Below, piece by piece: positions 39,844 to 50,096 of a stretch of 64,000 bases of DNA. The position numbers were made by a program, and so were the translations under genes. The notes under the pieces are model-generated. The model ran no database searches. It was not told where the DNA came from and worked only from the letters and a program-made list of their open reading frames with translations. The DNA is from Azolla caroliniana (taxonomy: Eukaryota; Plantae; Polypodiophyta): NCBI GenBank assembly GCA_043228905.1, contig JBHGNT010000003.1, positions 24,428,001 through 24,492,000 of the forward strand. The letters run 5' to 3'. Position 1 is the stretch's first letter. The number at the start of each line of letters is the position of its first letter.

Positions 39844-41001
39844 ATGGCTACTGTTAGCGCCCAAGAATACCAATCCGTTTTCTCCGAGCTACAGTGCCTA
39901 AAAGAAAAGTTTGTTGCCCTGGAACAAGAAAACCAACGGCTGATAGGGGATCTGCAACAAATCGCTCTAGAAAAACAACAAACGCAACAACAACATGGGG
40001 AGTTAGCGTTACGGGTACAACAACTCGAAGCAGCGTTGCAACAACAAGGATCCAGTCCCCAAGGATTTCATAAAGAGCCCAAGATTGGTCTTCCTGTGAA
40101 ATTTGATGGAACGCGTTCGCAATTCCGGGGATTCCTTAATCAGGTACGCTTAGTCATCCAGATGCATCCTTCCCGATATCCCACTGATGCATCTCGAGTC
40201 GGCCTAATAGGCACGCTACTTAGCGGCTCAGCCTTGACATGGTTTGCTCCGCTTCTAGAAAAACAATCACCCTTACTTAATAACTTTGAAGATTTTATTG
40301 GTGAGTTTAAAGCCTGCTTTGGAGACACCGACAGCATCAGGACGGCGATCAACAAGATCCGGCGATTGCGTCAAGGCGATCGTCCAGCCTCTGCCTACGC
40401 GGCGGATTTCCGCCTACTTGCTTCAGATATACCCTGGGATAATCAAGCACTAATGGAGCAGTTTCGCTATGGCTTGCGAAACGATGTCAAAGATCTACTT
40501 CTAACTTTCCCCGAAGAACCAAAGTCTCTTACGGAGGAAATCAGTCGAGCAGTTCGATGTGACAACCGCCTTTTTGAACGACGTTCAGAACGTCAATTAC
40601 AGATACCACGCTCTAGGCCAGAGCCCACTTACGCCGCAGTCGCGGCTAAACCGTTTGCACGAGACACACCTCAAGCAAATACTTCGACACCGATGGAGAT
40701 CGATACCATGCGTCGACGCGGCCCGTTATCGGAAGAAGAAAAGCAACGACGACGTGCCAATCGATTATGTCTTTATTGCGGTGGACCAGGACATATCGCC
40801 ATCAATTGTCCCCATAGGCCAAGAAGACAGGTAAATCAAATCGTCGCCTATACTAAACCCGAGTCAATTCTTCCCTTTGGAGTGTCTGATAGTATTAATA
40901 GTACTAATAGAGTGTCAGATAGTATTCATAGTACTAATAGCCCAAGTATCTCAAATAAATTTGAAATCCTTAGTCAATTAGATGAAGAGTTAAACGATTG
41001 A
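39844..41001 (+). CDS. gag: Gag (coiled coil, capsid, CCHC zinc knuckle)
   Basis: 385-aa open frame; KFDGTRSQFRGF; CLYCGGPGHIAINC. Confidence 0.95.
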   Translation: MATVSAQEYQSVFSELQCLKEKFVALEQENQRLIGDLQQIALEKQQTQQQHGELALRVQQLEAALQQQGSSPQGFHKEPKIGLPVKFDGTRSQFRGFLNQVRLVIQMHPSRYPTDASRVGLIGTLLSGSALTWFAPLLEKQSPLLNNFEDFIGEFKACFGDTDSIRTAINKIRRLRQGDRPASAYAADFRLLASDIPWDNQALMEQFRYGLRNDVKDLLLTFPEEPKSLTEEISRAVRCDNRLFERRSERQLQIPRSRPEPTYAAVAAKPFARDTPQANTSTPMEIDTMRRRGPLSEEEKQRRRANRLCLYCGGPGHIAINCPHRPRRQVNQIVAYTKPESILPFGVSDSINSTNRVSDSIHSTNSPSISNKFEILSQLDEELND

Positions 41002-44000
41002 GTCCAGCCAAAATAGGAGCCATTTGGTTGGACAACAACCCTAGATCTGTACAGCCCATTAGTGGTTCCATTCCTTCCAAGCAAGTTAGCAATGTGTTCC
41101 TAGCCCAAGTCATTGTTAGTACTAAAAGTACTCCCCCAGTACCCGTCCTAGCACTTTTAGATTCCGGAGCTAATTCTTGTTTCATGGATCGAAATTTTGC
41201 CCAAGCTTCTCAGATATCCTTAAGAAAACTTCCTTGTCCCGCATCTGTAGTGGTCATTGATAGTCGTCCCATTGCTTCCGGGAATATTGTAGAAGAATCA
41301 GAACCCATTCAAGTTGTCCTAGGTAGTTTTGTGTGTATAATATCATTTAATATAATTAGTAGTCCAGAGCATCCCATTGTCCTAGGATTACCTTGGCTTG
41401 AATTACATAATCCAGCCATAGATTGGAGAACAAGAGAAGTCCGATATCGACCACCCCAACAATCAACTCACCGAGTTTCGACCATTTCACTCCATCAACT
41501 ACGCGAAGAAGGACCCAAGGAGGCAATGTTCCTATTTGCCATATCAGTACATCCTTCTAGCACTATTAAGAAGGACTCCTCAATACAACTTCCGGCAAAA
41601 TATCATCCTTATGCCGATGTATTTGACAAGGTAAAAGCCGGTACCCTTCCTCATCACCGTCCCTATGACTGTCCCATCGATTTACAACCAGGAACCGAGC
41701 CACCATGGGGACCAATTTACAACTTGTCACCCACCGAGTTAGAAGTCCTTCGAGCCTACATAGAGGAGAACTTGGCAAGCGGGTTCATCCGTCATTCGAA
41801 ATCTCCGGCCGGTGCACCCATCTTCTTTGTCAAGAAGAAAGATGGCTCACTTCGTCTTGTCGTTGATTACCGCGGATTGAATAAAGTCACCATCCGGAAT
41901 AGGTATGCACTTCCTCTTATATCAAGTCTTTTAGAGCGAGTTAATGGTGCCAAGTTTTTTACTAAAATCGACCTACGAGGAGCGTATAATCTCGTGCGGA
42001 TCCGACCGGGAGATGAGTGGAAGACCGCTTTTCGCACGCGGTATGGGCATTTCGAGTATACTGTTATGCCGTTTGGCCTAACCAATGCACCCGCAGTCTT
42101 CCAACACATGGCAAATGATATATTCAGAGACCTCTTGGATATCTGTTTGATCATTTATCTGGATGATCTGTTGATTTATTCGAAGACCCAGGAAGAGCAC
42201 GATTCTCATGTACTATTAGTACTAAAGCGACTCCGCGAGAATGGTCTTTATGCCAAGCTAGAGAAATGTAGCTTTGACTGCAAGCAACTGGAATTTCTAG
42301 GCTACGTCATCTCCTCAAAGGGCATCGCCATGGATCCAGCTAAAATCCAAACTGTACTAGAGTGGCAAATTCCACGGTCGGTACGAGATGTACAATGTTT
42401 TCTAGGCTTTGCTAACTTCTACCGTAAGTTTATACAGGATTACTCGAAGATTATTTTACCTCTCACACAACTTACGAAGAAGGGCCAAGCATTTCTTTGG
42501 TCCATCGAAGCAGATATGGCTTTTCGGCATCTTAAGAAAGCCTTTACATCAGCACCGATTCGAGCTCATGTGGATACAAGAAAACCATTCATCATGGAGG
42601 CCGACGCATCAGATTTCGCCCTCGGTAGCATCCTTTCTCAACAAGGCGATAAAGAAGAGTTGCATCCAGTGGCTTTCCATTCGCGCAAATTCAATGTCGC
42701 AGAAATCAACTACGAAATACATGACAAGGAGTTATTAGCCATCGTGGATTCATTTGTACAATGGCGGCATTTCTTAGAGGGCTCTCCACATCAGGTCATT
42801 GTCTTTAGCGATCATAAAAATCTTGCTTATTTTCAGAATGCTCGCGTACTAAATCGACGGCAAGCTCGGTGGGCGCAATTCCTCACGCGTTTCAACTTCG
42901 AAATCACATATCGACCGGGGAAGCAGCAAGGAAAAGCAGATGCACTATCACGGCGTTCATATCTTGCACCTCGTCCTGGTGACGCAACATTTGATAATCA
43001 AAAGCAAGTAATCTTGGGACCAACACGATTGCACACGACGCGGATTTTTCACACCCCGATGGATTCACGGATTACCGATGACATACGTGCAACCTTGAAG
43101 ACGGATAGTTTTGCTCAAGACATCCTGGCGCACATTGATACTTCTCGGGCATCCTGTTCTCAGTCTCAACAACCAGGTATTGACTACCGACAATTCGAAT
43201 ATCATGATGGTTTGTTATTCTTTAAAAAGCGCGTATATGTCCCCAATTGCTCCTGTCGCCTTCAAATCGTCCAACATTGTCACGACACCCATACGGCGGG
43301 ACATTTCGGTAGTACCAAGACGTTGGAGTTAGTGCAGCGATCTTTTTGGTGGCCCCACATGCGCCGTTTTGTCGACGACTACGTTCGGACCTGTGATGCT
43401 TGCTGCCGAGCAAAGATGCCACGACACCATCCATATGGCTTGTTGGAACCTTTACCAATTCCAAGTAAGCCATGGCAGTCTATTTGTCTTGATTTTATTA
43501 CAGATCTGCCGGTCTCGAAGGGGTTCGATGCTATCCTAACCGTCGTCGATCGATATACGAAGATGGCACATTTTGTGCCATGTACTAAAGCCATCACTAG
43601 CGAGGAAACCGCCGCTCTTGTTATGCGTGAGGTATTTCGGCATCATGGCCTACCAGACAGTATTATCAGTGACCGAGGCCCGCAATTTGTCTCCAAATTT
43701 TGGCAGCATCTCTTCAGGATGCTCAAGGTCTCCTGCAACCTCTCCTCCGGCTACCATCCTCAAACTGACGGACAGGCGGAACGAACAAACCAAACGTTGG
43801 AGCAATATCTCTGGTGTTTCCTGAGTTATCAACAGGACGATTGGGCCGAGATTCTCCACTTTGCGGAGTTTGCGTATAATAATGCTATTCACTCCTCGAT
43901 TCGGGTCTCCCCATTTCTCGCTTATACCGGTTTCCATCCTCGCTGGTCGGTGATCGACACTCCGGAGCTACCTACCAACCCTCGTGCCGAGGACCATTTG

Positions 44001-44570
44001 GAGAGGCTACGCAAGATCCAGATGGATCTCTCTACTCACCTTCGTCATGCTCAACACACACAGAAGACTTATGCGGATCGTCATCGGATTCCCTCCTCTT
44101 TTGCCATCGGAGATCGAGTATGGCTCTTACGTCGTCACATCAAGACTACTCGACCGTGCGACAAGTTGGATTATCGACGACTCGGTCCTTTCCGTATTAC
44201 GGGGAAGATTAATGATGTCACCTTCCGCCTGGATCTCCCTCCGCAGCTTCAGATATATCCGGTTTTCCATTGTTCTCTTCTTGAACCTTATAAAGCAAAC
44301 ACCATTCCCGATCGTGTGACACCACCGCCGCCCCCGTTGGAGTTGGACGCCGGCCCGGAGTATGAAGTTGCTGCCATCCTCGATTCCAAACTTGTTCGCA
44401 ACAAACTTTATTACTTGGTCGATTGGCTCGGTTATAGTCCGAGCGAACGTACTTGGGAACCCGTCGAGAATGTTGCCAATGCACAAGATCTTCTTGCTGA
44501 TTTCCACCGAAAGTATCCGGACAAACCCGGTCCGCAGTTAGCGCCGACTCGTTCCACTCGTCGTCTTTAA
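40998..44570 (+). CDS. pol: Pol (protease LLDSGA, RT YLDD, RNase H, integrase, chromodomain) in the -1 frame relative to gag
   Basis: 1190-aa open frame with no ATG start; EYEVAAILDS..YLVDWLGY..TWEP chromodomain. Confidence 0.96.
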   Translation: MSPAKIGAIWLDNNPRSVQPISGSIPSKQVSNVFLAQVIVSTKSTPPVPVLALLDSGANSCFMDRNFAQASQISLRKLPCPASVVVIDSRPIASGNIVEESEPIQVVLGSFVCIISFNIISSPEHPIVLGLPWLELHNPAIDWRTREVRYRPPQQSTHRVSTISLHQLREEGPKEAMFLFAISVHPSSTIKKDSSIQLPAKYHPYADVFDKVKAGTLPHHRPYDCPIDLQPGTEPPWGPIYNLSPTELEVLRAYIEENLASGFIRHSKSPAGAPIFFVKKKDGSLRLVVDYRGLNKVTIRNRYALPLISSLLERVNGAKFFTKIDLRGAYNLVRIRPGDEWKTAFRTRYGHFEYTVMPFGLTNAPAVFQHMANDIFRDLLDICLIIYLDDLLIYSKTQEEHDSHVLLVLKRLRENGLYAKLEKCSFDCKQLEFLGYVISSKGIAMDPAKIQTVLEWQIPRSVRDVQCFLGFANFYRKFIQDYSKIILPLTQLTKKGQAFLWSIEADMAFRHLKKAFTSAPIRAHVDTRKPFIMEADASDFALGSILSQQGDKEELHPVAFHSRKFNVAEINYEIHDKELLAIVDSFVQWRHFLEGSPHQVIVFSDHKNLAYFQNARVLNRRQARWAQFLTRFNFEITYRPGKQQGKADALSRRSYLAPRPGDATFDNQKQVILGPTRLHTTRIFHTPMDSRITDDIRATLKTDSFAQDILAHIDTSRASCSQSQQPGIDYRQFEYHDGLLFFKKRVYVPNCSCRLQIVQHCHDTHTAGHFGSTKTLELVQRSFWWPHMRRFVDDYVRTCDACCRAKMPRHHPYGLLEPLPIPSKPWQSICLDFITDLPVSKGFDAILTVVDRYTKMAHFVPCTKAITSEETAALVMREVFRHHGLPDSIISDRGPQFVSKFWQHLFRMLKVSCNLSSGYHPQTDGQAERTNQTLEQYLWCFLSYQQDDWAEILHFAEFAYNNAIHSSIRVSPFLAYTGFHPRWSVIDTPELPTNPRAEDHLERLRKIQMDLSTHLRHAQHTQKTYADRHRIPSSFAIGDRVWLLRRHIKTTRPCDKLDYRRLGPFRITGKINDVTFRLDLPPQLQIYPVFHCSLLEPYKANTIPDRVTPPPPPLELDAGPEYEVAAILDSKLVRNKLYYLVDWLGYSPSERTWEPVENVANAQDLLADFHRKYPDKPGPQLAPTRSTRRL

Positions 44571-45019
44571 GGGGGAGATAGTGTCATGGCAAGACTCGAA
44601 CCCATGACTTTATGCTACATGGGTCGAGCTCTTACCATTAGATTAGGAATTGTATTTTGTAGGATATTATTTTCATTTATACTTTATCATAGAAAATTGA
44701 TGTATATTCCAGATCTCTCTGGAACATTCTAGAAGCTTCAAGATTATTCCTAAAAACACTATAAAAGGAGGCACAAGGCATTGTTTTGAACCAAATTGGT
44801 TCAACGCCAGTCTTAAGCCTCTTAGCCGCTTGTACTTATCTTTTCACATAATATATAGCTACTGTCATCATCTCTCTCATTCTCGCTATCTCTCTCTCTC
44901 TCTCCTCTTCTCACTTCCTCTCTCGGGAATCTTACGCAGTCCCGTCCTCTTAGTACTAATAGTACTGCTGTTCTTAGTACTAATTCCATCTCTGTTTTAG
45001 TACTATTCCTGACACGCCA

Positions 45020-47460
45020 CATCCTATCCATAGACTCCGGTTGTTCGGCCGACGGGGCAACGTAAGACCGAAAGAGATGGAAGATTGAGGCGGGAACGCA
45101 GCAAGGAGAGCGACAATGAGTTCGGGAGAAGTACGGGGGACGAAGAGGAGAACGAAGACCGGTCCCATGAGATCTTCACACCGATCCGGCTGTCGGCCCG
45201 AGTGCCGGCGTGAGTCCTATAGGAGAGGTCGGTAGAGACAGGAGAACGGGACCCGGCAATCCGGAGAATGATGAACGGACCCGGATGAGAACCGGCCGGA
45301 GCGGACTCCCGGATAACCACTCCGGGAGGGAGGAAGAGAGCAGGCCTACGAAGAGGCCGAGAACACAGTACGTCGGTACCACGGGAGAGGGTGTGGAGCG
45401 AGCCACCCTCTCGGCTTGCGAAGGAAGGAAGACCCAGGATAAGGGTTAGAGATACGATGAGCCCGAGGAGGATCCTTCACACCGGATCCAGAGACTCCGG
45501 CGGTCGGCCCGAGAGCCAGCGCGAGACCTAGAGTAACGATCGGTGGCGGTGAGGGGACGAAGGCAAAGAACTGTGGGGGCAAACCGAGGTTTTGCGAAGA
45601 TCCTCAAACCGAACCGGCTGTCGGCCCGAGTGCCGGCGTGAGTCCTATAGGAAAGGATGGTGGCAGAAGGTGAACGCGACCAACCGAGGAGGCCGATGCG
45701 GAGGACAGAGGAGACAAGTGGCAGTGCCTCGACCTTACATACACCGGCCCTAGAGGCTCCAACGGTTGGCCCGAGTGCCGGCGTGAGGCCTAGAGCGACT
45801 GGCGGTGGCGGCGGCAAGGTGGGCAAACCGAGGTCCCACGAAGATCCTCACACCGATCCGGTTGTCGGCCCGAGTGCCGGCGTGAGTCCTATAGGAAAGG
45901 ACGGTGGCGGCGGGTGAACGCAACCAACCGAGGAGGCCGATGCGGAGGACGGAGGAGACAAGCGGCAGTGCCGCGACCTTACACACACCGGCCCTAGAGG
46001 CTCCGGCGGTTCGCCTGAGTGCCGGCGTGAGGCCTAGAGCGACGAGTGGCGCCGGTGTCGCGTTGTTACGCGAGTGCGTGGAGAAAGGCGGGACCACGGG
46101 GGTCTTGGACCAGGGAGTGACGGAGCGTAGGAAGTCGTGCTTCACCGTTTCCGGGGGATCCCAGAAGAACACTGGAAGCGACCAAAGGGAGAGAGAGAGA
46201 AAGAGAGGGAGCGTGCGCTTGACACCGACTCACGCGCACGCACGCACACACACGCACACACACATAGCTCACGCCCTCATGTACAGGAAACGTAGGAAAG
46301 GGGAAGCACCCGACACCAACAAAGACGCCAATATACACAGACAGACGCAAACGTATATACATATATATATATAGCAGAAGAATACATTCCCGGCTTCGAG
46401 CCGGGCTGAGGTAGGTTACAGTAGTCGTCTGCTGCCAAGCCGCCGTCGGGGAGCTCTCAGCTCGTCGCGCCGAGCGGGGTCTTGCACAGGAGGCCGAACC
46501 CAAGCAAACCCTAAGCGAACACGAAGGGGGAGAAGAAGAAGAAGAAACTAACTCTAACCTAACGGTATACCCTCTAATGCAAAATGGGCAACCCCCACAA
46601 TGGTGCCTTCTCTCTCCTTTTATAGCACAAGGAGGGAAGACCGATTACAAAAGTGAGACTAAAATATCCCCTTTCATTCAAAGGGGATATTTGCCTTGAT
46701 TTGGGGGAGGGTGAGATTGATGGCCCCTTAACTCCCACCTCCTCACAAACAACTAGGTACCTATGTACCGCATAGTACCTCTCTCTCTCTCTCTCGCGTG
46801 GATGTGCGTACAACCACATCACCTTTATACCTTTATTACTATTACAAATACATTATGTACGTTTGCAACGTTGCACATCGCTCTTTGGCTCTCGTTGCTC
46901 GGGTTTCCGCTTCTGGAAGAAAATCTTCACGACACCGGCAAGGCGGGCAAACCGAGGTCCCACGAAGATCCTCACACCGATCCGGCGGTCGGCCCAAGAG
47001 TCGGCGTGAGTCCTATAGGAGAGGTCGGTGGCGGTAGGTGAACATGATCGGACGACAGAAGCGGAGAAGGAAGGTATCATGCCGGCGAAGCAGCCATGAA
47101 CCGAATCGGACCGACACCGGCGAAGCGGTATAAGGGAGTCCGGTCCTACGGGATCCCCACACCGAACCAGAGACTCCGGCAATTCGGCCAACATGGCAAC
47201 ATGAGACCGAGAGAGAAGGTTGGTGGCGGCGGGAAACGGGACCCGACAACACGAAGGCGGGACCCGGCTAAGCGGAAGACATGAGGAGAGTCACAAAGGA
47301 CTCCGACAAAAGACACCCGAATTTCGGCAGCAGAGAAACGAAGTCCGGTCCTATGGGACCCTCACACCGATCCGGAGACTCTGGCAGTTCGGCCAACGTG
47401 GCAACGTGAGACCTAGGGAGAAGGACGGTGGCGGTAGGGAATGGGACCCAGCAACACGAG
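45020..47460. repeat. GC-rich tandem array inside element F (about 120-bp monomers, about 243-bp dimers)
   Basis: GATCCTCACACCGATCCGG..GTCGGCCCGAGTGCCGGCGTGAG.CCTA recurs about 9 times. Confidence 0.85.
46056..46934 (-). mobile_element. Solo LTR, tRNA-Trp gypsy lineage, TSD CCGG
   Basis: Termini TGTCGCGTTGTTACG...TCTTCACGACA; CCGG on both sides; the neighbouring repeat unit shows the uninterrupted sequence. Confidence 0.92.
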
Positions 47461-50096
47461 ATAGCGGATCGGGAGTCGGTAAGACGGGGGCGGACGAAGT
47501 CACAGTTTCGGAAGGAGCCGGCAAGGGCAACCACAAGGAGGTGTGTCAGGCCGGAAAGGCACACCTGGGAAGGAACAAGAGTCTCGCAAGTGGCCATCGC
47601 GGGCCGGATCGAAGCGTGACTACGGGATGGTGTTCGGCACGGGCGGTGCCGAAAAAAGGAAGCGGGAGACAACACAAGGGAGGTGCTGGGAACGAGGTGA
47701 TGAGTGCATCGTGGACTGCACAGGATCGGAGTCGGGGGGACGACAAGGGAGTCCGGAGGAGGATCCTCCACACTCGCTTCGTAGATCTCGACAACTCAGT
47801 TAGGGTAGCGAAGACTGACACGACAAGCCCGGAATGACAAGCTAGTGGGGGCGAGTGGACGACAGCAAGCGGAAGACTCAGAACCTGTTGCAGCAGTGCG
47901 AAATGGGAAGGGCCGAGCGGGCTACTTCGGGCATACGGCGGAGAGCGGAGTGTGCATACAGCCGAACAAGGGCCAACGGAAGTACGAGTACTACGGAGAT
48001 CGCAGCGAAGGACCCATCGACGGGTCGAACGAGCCTACGGGGAGGTAAGCGCGAAGGAAGAACCGAAGCCGACGGTTCGAACTGGCCGCAAGTCGAGATG
48101 CAAATTACGGAAGTCCGGTTTCTCACCGGCCGAAATCTCTCACCCTTCACCGGATTTGGCATGCACCGGTGGACGTGCGGTAGGTGGGGCTGGATGTTGT
48201 GAAGAATTTCGGCCAGAGGCGGAAATTGGGAAATATTGGCTACATTGACGGGGTGCACCATGTGCACTCACCCTCGTATAATTGTGTGAATAATAGGAGT
48301 TAAGTCGGGACGAAGAATCCCATATAAATCAGGATTTATCCCACATTGTAACGCATCCCTCTCCTTGTTCTATAAAAGGAAGGGATGGTCCTTTGTAAAG
48401 TGGTTGCCCATTTTGTATTAGTAGGGTATACCGTTAGATGAAGAGACGTTCTCTGTTCCTCTTTCTCTCTTGTTTTAGGGTTTCTTCTTCTTCTTCTTTC
48501 CTCTACTTCTTCCTCTTCGTCGTTTTGTGCACCGAGCCAGGACTTCTAGCGTTTCTGTTTGCCGGCCGTCCCCTGTGCAAGACCCCGACTGGCAGCTTGG
48601 CAGTAGACGACTGTTGTAACCTGAGCTACTTAGGTCGGGCCCGAAGCCGGGGATGTATTCTTTCCCTTGTAATATATACATTTGTGTCTGTCTATGCATA
48701 TTCGTGTCTCTATTGGTGTCGGATGCTTCTCCTTCCCCGCGTTTCCTGTACATAAGGGCATGAGTTGGGTGTGTGTGTGTGTGTGAGTCGGTGTCAAGCA
48801 GGCACTCCCTCTCTTTCTCTCTCTCTCGTTCGGTTGCTTCCGGAACGCGTCCGGAGTCGTCTTCTCGTATTCCCTCCTTCCCTCGTCTGAGACCCCCGTG
48901 GTCCCGCCCTTCTACACGCGTGCACGTAACAACGCGACACCGTGAGCTCTACAAAGGTCTCCGACAAACGAGTCGGTTAGAACCTATAGGCTTCACATCC
49001 GCTCCTTCCGACTGCATAGTCCAAGATCCTCGTGGTCCTGCCTGATCCGACACGTGCACGTGGATATCCGCGACATATTTGGTGAATCTAACGTGAAAAG
49101 GGTGGCAAAGGAGACCTGGATGAGGGGCAGTGAGCTCGCTGAGGCGATGACAGTGGCTATTGGCCACCTGTCGAATGCTCGAGAGAGCTCGGTTGGCCTC
49201 GACAGGGCCATAAAAAACATTGTCGGCCCGGCTGGCCAATTTAATGGAAGAGACGTCACAAACTACTTGGAGGCCTTCAAGGCTGAAATGTTGATGAGAA
49301 ACATTTTGGACGAGAGTCGATTGTCCGGATTTTCCTAAGTGGTAACACCGAGCATCCACACCGAAGTGCTCGAGGTACAGGACAACTATCGCAATTGATC
49401 AGAGTTCGAGGAGCGACTACTTGAAAGGTATAGCTTTCACGACTCGCTCCGGTTGTCGAAAAAGGAACTTATGGAGTGGGTTCGAGCTCCTCGGGAAGGG
49501 AAGGAATACTTCGATTCTTCTCCAAGAGTTCTAGAAGCGATTTGCACGACTGTCAACACTAGACCAGATAGTCCTGGACACAAGCAAGGTCCTTTTTATC
49601 AAATCAATCGATCTGCTCGATCGAGAGAAAGTTGGTGTCCTGTTGGAGATGTACGAAGGGCTCACGGCTGATTGGGTCATGGTTAAAAGGGTAAGCAAAT
49701 GTTTCGACAAATGGCACGAGTGGAATGAAGATGGGTTATCATCGACTGGCCCGACTACCGGAGGGATAACAAGGGAACTGTCGACTCGATCGGATGGGAT
49801 GAGAAGGCAACTTGAGTAGGGCCCGATACTGACCAACGTGGTCAAGGGACCTTCTAGGGGTGCGGCCCTAGAAGAGCTCACGAAGATGATGCGCGATCTT
49901 TAGATCTCTCAAGCTCGAAGGGATGGCGAGGGTCAATCGCGTGATCGATGCCCTCCTAACGGCTTATGATGCATGTGGTGCGACGGTATCGACCACATCT
50001 GGACGAACTGTGTCAACTTCGCCGAGGCGATGAGGAACAATGTCGTGTACCTTTGGAATGGCAAGGTATGGGTGAGCGAAACGTGAAGGCCCCTCA

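Larger units (their letters stand above)
39343..45014 (+). mobile_element. Intact young chromovirus Ty3/gypsy, Tcn1-like, copy E2 (433-bp LTRs 39343-39775 and 44582-45014, TSD CGCCA)
   Basis: LTRs differ at 2 positions by eye; PPT AAGGGGGAGATAG; gag and pol both open. Confidence 0.97.
37105..48939 (+). mobile_element. Non-autonomous LTR element F (LTRs 37105-37849 and 48195-48939, TSD CCGT) with a gag fragment and repeat-rich interior
   Basis: 745-bp LTR pair; CCGT at 37101-37104 and 48940-48943; gag-like VGRFNGDKVPSYLEAYNAEM; no recognisable RT of its own. Confidence 0.92.

Noticed and set aside
45020-47460. CRISPR-like repeat-spacer appearance (also at 61130-61330 and 25860-26460)
   Set aside because: Units are degenerate tandem copies with homologous spacers, there are no cas genes, and the context is eukaryotic TE
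47830-48100. Integrase C-terminal remnant in element F
   Set aside because: The resemblance is too weak to call by eye
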